Below the pieces are notes generated by a model. It searched no databases. It saw only the letters and a list, made by a program, of their open reading frames with translations, and had not been told where the DNA came from. A DNA stretch of 55,682 nucleotides, taken from assembly GCA_030042035.1 (NCBI GenBank), contig JASIAN010000067.1:1-55682 (forward strand). The letters are read 5' to 3'. The stretch is from Alphaproteobacteria bacterium (GTDB lineage Bacteria; Pseudomonadota; Alphaproteobacteria; ATCC43930; CGMCC-115725). Numbering within the stretch: the stretch's first letter is position 1; the number at the start of each line of letters is the position of its first letter. This document shows, in pieces, positions 15,789 through 24,400 of this stretch. Made by a program: the position numbers and the translations under genes.

Positions 15789-17009
15789 ATGCTCATGCTC
15801 GACGTCTCACGTCTGTTGTCGCGCGCCGGACGCGCGACGCCGACCGGCATCGACCGGGTCGAGATGGCCTATGCGCGGCGCCTGATCGCGAACGGCGCCG
15901 CGGCCCGCTTTGCTGCGGTCAAGCCGACCGGCGGGCTCGGCCTCCTGCCGGATCGCGCCGCCCGAGAGTTCGTCGAGGCGATTGCGGCGCGCTGGCGCGG
16001 CGATGGCGCGTCGCCGCAGCCGACGCGACCGGTCTCGCGCATCGCCCGCCAACTGCGCCTCCGGCTATTGGGATCGCGTGAGCTGGCGCCGACCCGGCGG
16101 CGCACGAATGGCGGCGCGGTATACCTCCTCGTGTCGCATCACCACTTGGAGAATTGCGCGCTCCTCGCGCGGCTCAGACAGCGGGCCGGGGCAAGGTTCA
16201 TCTGTCTGATCCACGATCTGATCCCCGTCCAATTCCCCGAATACGCCAGGCCGGGACAGGCGGAGAAACACCTGCGACGCATCCGCAACGCCGCCCAATT
16301 CGCCGACGCGCTGATCGTCAATTCGGCGGTGACACGCGACGCGCTGCAATGCCAGATCGATCGCGCCGGACGTGCGCCGCCGGTTCTCGTCGCGCCGTTC
16401 GGCACCGATCTGCCGACCGCAGCGCCTCATGCCGCGCCGCCGCTGCCCCGCCCCTATTTCGTCTGCGTCGGCACGATCGAGGCGCGCAAGAACCACCTGC
16501 TGCTGCTCAACGTGTGGCGCCAACTCGCCGCCGAACTCGGAGAGCACACGCCGATCCTCGTGCTAATCGGCCGGCGCGGCTGGGAAACCGAGAACGTCGT
16601 CGACATGCTCGAGCGCTGCCCGGCGCTGCGCCCTTGCGTCATCGAGCACGGCGCGCTGTCCGACGCCGCGATGGTGCCGCTGCTCGCCGGGGCGCGCGCG
16701 TTGCTGCTGCCGTCCTTCGCCGAGGGGTTCGGCTTTCCGGTCATCGAGGCGCTGGCGCTGGGCGTCCCGGTGCTGTGCAGCGATGTGCCGGCCTTGCGGG
16801 AGACCGGCGGCGGCATCCCCGAGTTTTTCGACCCGCTTGACGGGCCGGGATGGCGATCGGCGATCCTCGATTATGCGGCGTCGCAGTCGCCGCGGCGTGC
16901 CGCCCAGCTGGCCCGCCTCAACGGCTGGCGGCCGCCGCGCTGGCGGGATCATTTCGCAATGGTCGAGCGGTTCATCGGCGAGGTCGCCGCCGCCCCGCCG
17001 GTCCCGTAG
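15789..17009 (+). CDS. GT4-family (GT-B) glycosyltransferase
   Basis: YFVCVGTIEARKNHLLLLNVW...LLLPSFAEGFGFPVIEALALGVPVLCSDVPALRE is the EX7E-type retaining GT4 C-terminal domain. The gene begins 23 nt after the exporter gene. Confidence 0.88.
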   Translation: MLMLDVSRLLSRAGRATPTGIDRVEMAYARRLIANGAAARFAAVKPTGGLGLLPDRAAREFVEAIAARWRGDGASPQPTRPVSRIARQLRLRLLGSRELAPTRRRTNGGAVYLLVSHHHLENCALLARLRQRAGARFICLIHDLIPVQFPEYARPGQAEKHLRRIRNAAQFADALIVNSAVTRDALQCQIDRAGRAPPVLVAPFGTDLPTAAPHAAPPLPRPYFVCVGTIEARKNHLLLLNVWRQLAAELGEHTPILVLIGRRGWETENVVDMLERCPALRPCVIEHGALSDAAMVPLLAGARALLLPSFAEGFGFPVIEALALGVPVLCSDVPALRETGGGIPEFFDPLDGPGWRSAILDYAASQSPRRAAQLARLNGWRPPRWRDHFAMVERFIGEVAAAPPVP

Positions 17010-17015
17010 CAAGGG

Positions 17016-18416
17016 TCACCCCGGGCGCGCCGACAGGCCCGCGAGATGGCGTGCCACGGCGGCGAGATCGGCCGGTTCGGCCGCCACCGCCCGCGCCTCT
17101 TCCACCACAATTTCGACCGCCTTGCGCACCTGCTCTTCGCTGTGCTCGGCGGTCAGGAAGAAGCGCAGCCGGGCGGCGCGCTCGGCGACCGCCGGGTAGA
17201 GGATCGGCTGGACGTTGATGCCGCGGCGGAACAACGCCTCTGCGAGCCTGCCGGCGGCGATCGAGCTGCCGGTGATGACCGGCACGATCGCCGCGCCGAT
17301 CGAACCGCCGACCTCGAGCCCCTTCGCGCGCGCCAGCTCCAGAAACAGGCGGGCGCGCTGGTTGAGGCGGCGGACGCGCTCGGGCTCGCGTTCGAGGATA
17401 TCGATCGCGGCCAGCGCTGCCGCCGCCGCCGCTGGCGCCATGCCGACCGAAAATACAAACCCTGGCGCCGTGCGCTTCAGGTAGGCGATGAGGTCCTTGC
17501 GGCCGGCGATATAGCCGCCGCAGGACACGAGGCTTTTGCTCAACGTGCCCATCCAGATATCGACCTCGTTCGGGTCGATCCCGGCGTGGTCGGCCGAGCC
17601 GAAACCGCGCGGGCCCAAGACGCCCAGCGCGTGTGCGTCGTCCACCATGAGCCACGCGCGATGGCGCCGCGCGACGGCGACGAAGGCGGCGAGATCGGGC
17701 ACGTCGCCGTCCATGCTGTAATGGCCCTCGATGACGAGGAGCGCATTGGCGTGGCGCGCGCGCGCCTCGGCGAGGGCGCGATCCGCCGCCGCGGCGTCGA
17801 GGTGGCGAAACGGCACGCGCCGCGCCCCCGACAGCAGCGCCCCCTGCGCGATGCTGTTGTGGATCAGCGCGTCATGCACGATCAGGTCATGGCGCCCCAA
17901 CAGATGCCCGATCACGGTTACGTTTGTCGCGTGGCCGCCGACCAGCGTAATGCTGTCCTCGGCGCCGTGCAGCCGGGCCAGCGCGCACTCCAGGTCGCGA
18001 TGGATCGGCCGTTCGCCCGACACTGGCCGACTGGCGGAAACCGACGTGCCGTAGCGGTCGATTGCCGCCTTGGCGGCCGCCGTGATGCGCGGATCGCCGT
18101 TCAGCCCGAGATAATTGTAGGACGCGAAGTTGAGATAGAAGCGGCCGTCGATCGGCGTTTCAGCGGCGGCGACGCCATCGTGCACCCGGAAGAACGGATC
18201 GGCGATGCCGAGATAATCCGCCGCCTCCTCGATCATATGGACGTCGCGCCAGCCGTCCAATTGGCGAACGTCGAGGCGGCCGGTCTCGAGGCTGGCCTCG
18301 ACGCGCGGTCGACGCGGCACGCCGGCCGCCAGCCGCCCGGCCGCCGGCGCCAATTTCTCAATGAGCCGCGCCTTTGCGTGCGCCGACAGGCCAAACAGGT
18401 CGCGACCGGCCGCCAT
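17016..18416 (-). CDS. PLP-dependent alpha-oxoamine synthase family enzyme (AONS/serine-palmitoyltransferase/RkpG-like)
   Basis: NFASYNYLGLNG, GGHATN, MVDDAHALG and GTLSKSL (PLP lysine) are the AOS-family motifs. The start is taken at MAAGRDLF (complement of 18414-18416), 4 nt after the PKS stop. Confidence 0.9.
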   Translation of the reverse strand: MAAGRDLFGLSAHAKARLIEKLAPAAGRLAAGVPRRPRVEASLETGRLDVRQLDGWRDVHMIEEAADYLGIADPFFRVHDGVAAAETPIDGRFYLNFASYNYLGLNGDPRITAAAKAAIDRYGTSVSASRPVSGERPIHRDLECALARLHGAEDSITLVGGHATNVTVIGHLLGRHDLIVHDALIHNSIAQGALLSGARRVPFRHLDAAAADRALAEARARHANALLVIEGHYSMDGDVPDLAAFVAVARRHRAWLMVDDAHALGVLGPRGFGSADHAGIDPNEVDIWMGTLSKSLVSCGGYIAGRKDLIAYLKRTAPGFVFSVGMAPAAAAAALAAIDILEREPERVRRLNQRARLFLELARAKGLEVGGSIGAAIVPVITGSSIAAGRLAEALFRRGINVQPILYPAVAERAARLRFFLTAEHSEEQVRKAVEIVVEEARAVAAEPADLAAVARHLAGLSARPG

Positions 18417-18420
18417 CGGC

Positions 18421-21400
18421 TTACCCGGCAGCCGCCGAATCGACGGGCAGCGGTTCCGGCCGTGCGACCGCATTCGCCAGCCCGTCGCGCCGATCGGCAT
18501 CGACTATCTCGTAGCGCGCCGCCAGATTGACGACGGCGCTTGCCGGCTGCGACGCCGCGAGGGCGGTGGCGAGGCGGCTGGCAATCGAGACGACGCTCGT
18601 GCCCTCGGCCAGCGACATAAGCGGCAGATTGATGCCCAGGCGGGTTTCGAGCGCCAGGCGCAACTCGACCGCCATCAGCGAATCCATGCCGACCTCCGAG
18701 AGCGGCCGCAGCGGATCGAGCGAGCCGGCCGGCAGGCGCAGAATGGCCGCGGCTTCGTCGGCGACGGCGATTGTGAGCAGCGCCGCCGCCTCGTCCGGGC
18801 CGAGCCCGGCGAGCCGTTCGAGCAACTCGTCGCCGCCCTGGGCGGCGGGACCGTCGGCGAACAGCTCGGCAAACAGCGGTGCGGCGAGGATCGGCAAATG
18901 GCGGCGCGGTTCCTGCCAACTGGTCTCGGCCAAGGCGGCGACGGGGAGGCCGCTGCCGAGCAGCGCCGGCAGCGCTGCCAGCATTTGCGCCGCCGGCTGC
19001 GGCCTGGCGCCGAGCCGGCGCGCCAACGCCTCACGCGCCGCCGGCCGTTCGGCGAGGTATCCGGTATCGGCGACCGGCCCCCAGGCGACCGCGAGCGCCG
19101 GCAGGCCTTCGGCACGCCGGCGGCGGGCCAGCGCCTCCAGCGCCAGATTGGCCGCGACATATGCCCCCTGCGCCGGCGCGCCGAGTAATGTCGTCGCCGA
19201 CGAGAACAACAGAAACAGCTCGATCGGGTCGTCGCGGGTCAGGCGGTCGAGAACCAGGGCGCCGCCGAGCTTGGGGCGCAGCACCGTCGCGATCGCCGCA
19301 TCGTCAAGTTCGGCGGCGACCCCATCGACGATCGCCGCGGCGGCATGGACGATGCCGCGAAGCGGTGGCTGCGCCGCCCGGATTTCAGCCAGAACGGCGG
19401 CGAGCGAGCCCTGATCGGCAACATCGGCCGCATAGAGCCGCACATCGTCGGCCCCGAGCGCGCCCAATTCGGCAGCGCGCTCGGCGGCTCCCGGCGTTGC
19501 CGCACCGCGCCGGCCGACCAGCGCAATCGCGCCGGCACCCTGGCGTGCGAGCCATTCCGCTGCAGCAAAGCCGAAGCCGGAGATGCCGCCGGTAACCAGA
19601 TACGTGCCGTCCCGCCGCAGCGCGACATGCGGCGTGTCGCGCAGCCGCACCGCGGCATTGCCGTGCGGCAGCAGGACCAGCTTGCCGATGTGCCCCGACG
19701 CCTGCATCAGGCGGAACGCGTCGCCCGCCGCGGCGAAACTGAAGCGGCGATGCGCCAAGGGCCGGATCGCGCCATCGCCGAGCGCGGCGGCAATCTCGCC
19801 CAGCAGCGCTTCGGCGAGGTCCGGCCGCTCGATCGGCAGCCGGTCGATATCGATTGCGAAATACGAAATATTCTGCCGCAGCGGACGCAGATGAATGCGC
19901 CGATTGAGATAGAAGTCGCGTTTGCCGAGTTCGAGAAAGCGGCCGAACGGCTTCAACACGCCAAGGCTGTCCTCCATTGCTTCGCCGCTCAGCGAATTGA
20001 GCACGACATCGACGCCGCGGCCGCCCGTTATCGCGCGCACCGCATTGCCGACGCCCGGATCGCGCGACCCGAGCACGTGGTCGGCGCCGGCCAATCGCAG
20101 GAAATCGCGTTTCACGTCCGAGCCGGCCGTCGCGATGACGGTGGCGCTGCGATATTTTGCGTATTGAATGGCCGCGAGACCGACGCCGCCGGCAGCGGCA
20201 TGGATCAGCACCGTTTCACCAGGCGCCAGCCTGGCGAGCGTGCCGAGCGCATAGCTCGCCGTGACAAACGCCACCGGGAGTGTCGCGGCCGCGGCAAAGC
20301 TCGTCCCGGGCGGCAGGCGCATGACCGCGCGCGCCGCGGTCGTCACTCGGCTGGCCAGCGAGGCCGGGGCAAACCCGGCGACCCGGTCGCCGACATTGAG
20401 ATGCGCGACGCCCGGACCGATCGCGCTGACGATGCCGGCGCATTCGAGACCGTAGCTCGGGCCGGTGAAGCCATCGATCAGCGCCTCTTCCGGCACCAAT
20501 CCCATCGCCCACATGATGTCGCGGAAATTGAGTCCGGCCGCCGCGACGTCGATCGCGATCTCGCCGGGTCCCGGCGGCCGCGGCGCCGCCCGCCGCCAGC
20601 CGAGCGTGTCGATGCCGCCCTGCGGCGCGCCGGCGAGGCCGATCGGATCGCCGGCGGCGGCCCACAGCGGCGGCAGTCCGCGGCGCAGCCGCAGGACATG
20701 CCGGCCGGCGCTGGTCCAGACAATCTCGGTTTCGCCATCGGCAGCCGTCAGTTCGGCCGCGAGCGCGGCAGCGCGTTCATCATCGGTCAGCGTCGGAGAC
20801 AGATCGATGAGGCGCAGCTGCAACCGCGGGGTCTCGTTAACGAGCACACGCGCGATGCCCCACGCGGCGGCACCGCTTGGCCCGCGATCGCCGGCGTCGG
20901 CAGGCTGTTGCGCGCCGGTCGTGACGAGCCATAGCGGCAGCTGCCGCCGCGCCGCGTCGCTCGCGATGCGGATGAGCTGCATCGTCAGCCGCGCGGTCGC
21001 CGCAACGGCGCCGCTGTCGCCGGTCGCATCGGCGATCATGAGGATCATGTCACCGTCATCGCCCGCGGCGCCATCGTCGTCGGTCTCTGCTGCCGCGGCA
21101 AGGGCCGCCACCTCGGTAACACGCACGGCGTGGCCATGTCGCGACAAGCGCTCGGCAAGCGCGCTGCTGCCGTCCCCGATCGCCGCGATCAGATTTATCC
21201 TACGCGACCGCGGCTCCGGCCGCGCGATTTCGCCGGCGATCGGCGCCCTGCCCCAAAACAGTGCGCACGGCCACGGACCCGCCGCCAGCGCGAGAGTTCC
21301 GGCGGTGACAAATCCGCCGTCCGCGAGTTCGTCGCGCCACGCCGCACCCGCTCGCAACGGCGACGGGGCATCGGCGTCGCCGCTGTCCGGCCACCAGCCG

Positions 21401-24400
21401 GCCTGTCGACCGAACACCAGGTCCCATAACGGGTTGGGCTCGGGTTCCGCGGCGATCAACAGGCCCCCCGGCGCAAGCTGCTGGCGCAATGCCGAGAGCG
21501 CCGCGCCGTCGATGCCCATTCGCGCGCAGGTGTTGAGCGCGACGATCACGTCAAACCGGTCGGCGCCGAGCCGCGCCGCCTCCGCCGCATCGGGGCTCGT
21601 CGCGCGGTAGGTGAGCGCCGCGCCGGACGCCGCCAGGCGATCGAGAAACTGCCGGGGCGGGCTGGCTTGCGCGCCGATCTCGAGCAGCCGCAACGGGCGG
21701 CCCTTCGGCCACCGCGCGGCGATCTCGGTAAGCAGCCGGCTCACCAGGTCGATCCCCGCGGCGGCGGCCGGCGAGCCGGACAGCAGGTGGTCGATCGTTG
21801 CGGCGATCGCCTTTTCCGGCGGCCGCGGGCCTTCCGCCAGGAAACGCGCCAGATCGGCTGCCGTTGCTGCGACCAGCGCGAGTTCGGCAACCAGTTCCGG
21901 CGTTTCGGCCAGCAGTAGCCGCCAGACATCGGCCATCTCGGGCAGGTCGTTATTCGCGGCGATGCGCCACACCGGCCCCGCTGAGCGCGCAGCCCCGAAC
22001 CGCTCCAAGAGCCGCAGCAGACCCCCGAACAGCGCCGCGGCATCGGGCGCGATGTCGCCGGAAGCGATGAGCGCTGCGACCGTGAACGGCGTCTCGCGCC
22101 CGACCGCGCTCGGCATCGCCGCAAGCGCTGCCGACGCGATCAGCGCGTCGCAGAGCAGCCGCCGTTCCGCGCCGTCTTCGGCCTTATCGGGCGCGTCGGA
22201 TAGGAGCCGCGTCGCGATCAGGGCGATGTCGTCGAAGACCGCGGGCGGCGCCGTCTCGCCGAGCGGGGCCGGTACGAGCTCGGTGCGCAGCACAGCATCC
22301 TCGGGTGCCACCCGGTGGGACAGCTCGACCCGCCGGAACCAGCAATCGGTCAGTTCGCCGATCGCGGCGCCCTTCTCGTCGAACAGCACGATATCGGCCG
22401 ACACCGAGCGGATGCCGCGGCGCGTCAGGCGCAGCCAAGCGCGGCACACGCTGCGTCCGAACGGCGCCATAATGCGCACCCGCCCGAAGCGCCACGGCAA
22501 GAGGCTGACGCCGGCCGCGTCGCCATCTCCGTCGGCCGTCAGCGCCAGCAGCCCCTGCAATGCCCCATCGAGCAGCGCCGGATGAACGAGATAGTCGTCG
22601 CCGGCGGCGCCGACGACCGACGCATCGAGGTCCACCAACACCGTGCCGTCTGCCAGCCGATCCACCCGGCGCACGGTGCGAAATCGCGGGCCGTAATCGA
22701 GCCCGAACCGGCCGGCGAGCCGGTAGAGCGTTGCGCCGTCGATCGCCGATGCGGCCGCTGCGGGATCGTCGAGGCCGGGCGGTGGCGGCAGATCGCCGGC
22801 CGCGACCAGCCGCGCGACGGCATGCAACGTCAACGGCTCTTCGGTCAGCCGCAACCGGCTGAGGAGCTCAAAATCGCCGTCCTCGGCCGAGACGACTGAG
22901 CGAACCTCACGCGGCCGCCCGTTGTCGAACGGCAGCGGGCGGCGCAGTTCGACATCGGCGACCTCGACGGCAGCGGCGTCCGGCCGCCGCAGCCGCGCCG
23001 CCGCCAGCGCCATTTCGAGCACCGCGGCGGCCGGCAGCACCGCGACGCCTTCGACCGCGTGATCGGCGAGCCACGGCACCTGTTGCGGATCGAGATAGTT
23101 GAGCCACGATGCGACCGGCCCCGGCTGGCGAAATCCCAGCAGCGGATGCGCAAACGGCGGATCGGCGACCTGCGTGTCTTCGACCGTCCGGTCAAACCAG
23201 AAACGTTCCTTGTGCCACGGGTAGAGCGGCAGGCCCGTCGGATCGCCGGGCCCGTCGAACCGCTCGCTGCCGGCAATCGTGTGGCCGGCGACATGGCAGC
23301 GCGCGACGATCGCCGGAAACGGATCGTCGCCGCTTTCGTTGCGCGTCAGCGTCGCCAGCACCCGCCCCTCGCCGTCCGCCGCCCGCAGCGCATCCTTTAC
23401 GTAGGCTTGCAGCACCGGGCTCGGACCGATTTCGAGAAAGATCCGGCTGCCGGACGCCGCCAGCGCCGCCATCCCATCCGCGAAGCGCACTGGGCTGCGG
23501 ATGTTGCGCCACCAGTGACGGGCGTCGAGATCGCCGGCGGAGACCTTCCGGCCGGTGACCGTCGAAATCAGCAGCGTCTCGGGCACACCCGAAACGAGGC
23601 CGGCGAGATCATCCAGCAGGCCCGCGCGGATCGGCTCCATCGCCGCCGAGTGAAAGGCGAAATCGAGATCGAGCGGGCGGCAGGCGATGCCGCGACGGCG
23701 CGCCTCGGCGGCGAGCCGATCGATCGCCTCGCACGGCCCCGACGCCGTGACCGATTGCGCCGCGTTGATCGCGCCGATCTCGAGCGCACTGCCAAGCTCG
23801 GCGAAGAGTTCCTCGGCGGCGGCCGCGCCGAGCGCCAGCGCCGCCATGCGCCCCGTGCCGCGCGTGCGCTCCTGCTGCCGGCTGCGCGCGACGACGACCC
23901 GCACCGCCGCGGCGAGGCTCAACGCGCCGGCGGCCCACGCGGCTGCAATTTCGCCGACGCTGTGCCCGATATGGCCGGCGGCCGCGATCCCGAGGCGACG
24001 CAGCACGGCGACGACGCCGACTTGGGTTGCGAACAGCAGCGGCTGGGCGACATCGGCGCGCACGAGCCGCTCCGGCTCGGTACCGCGTGCGATCGCGTCG
24101 GCGGCCGACCAGCCGAGCAGCGGCTGCAACTCGGCGTCGACTTCCGCCATCGCTTCGCGAAAGGCTGAGCTGGTCCGATACGCGTTGCGCCCCATGCCCA
24201 GCCATTGCGCGCCGTTGCCGGAAAACACAAAGGCGAGTTTGCCGTCGCGCAGGGCGGTCCCGGTGACGAGCGACAGGTGATCGGCGCCGCCGGCGAAATC
24301 GCCGAGCGCCGCGGCCATCTTCGCTACGTCGGCGCACGTCGCGACGAGGCGCTCGGCATGATGATCGCGTCGCCGCGCCGCGGCGCGAACCATCGCCGGG

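Noticed and set aside
17046-18530. 494-aa plus-strand ORF
   Set aside because: It is antisense to the alpha-oxoamine synthase gene, with Arg/Asp/Ala-rich low-complexity translation and no recognisable domain.
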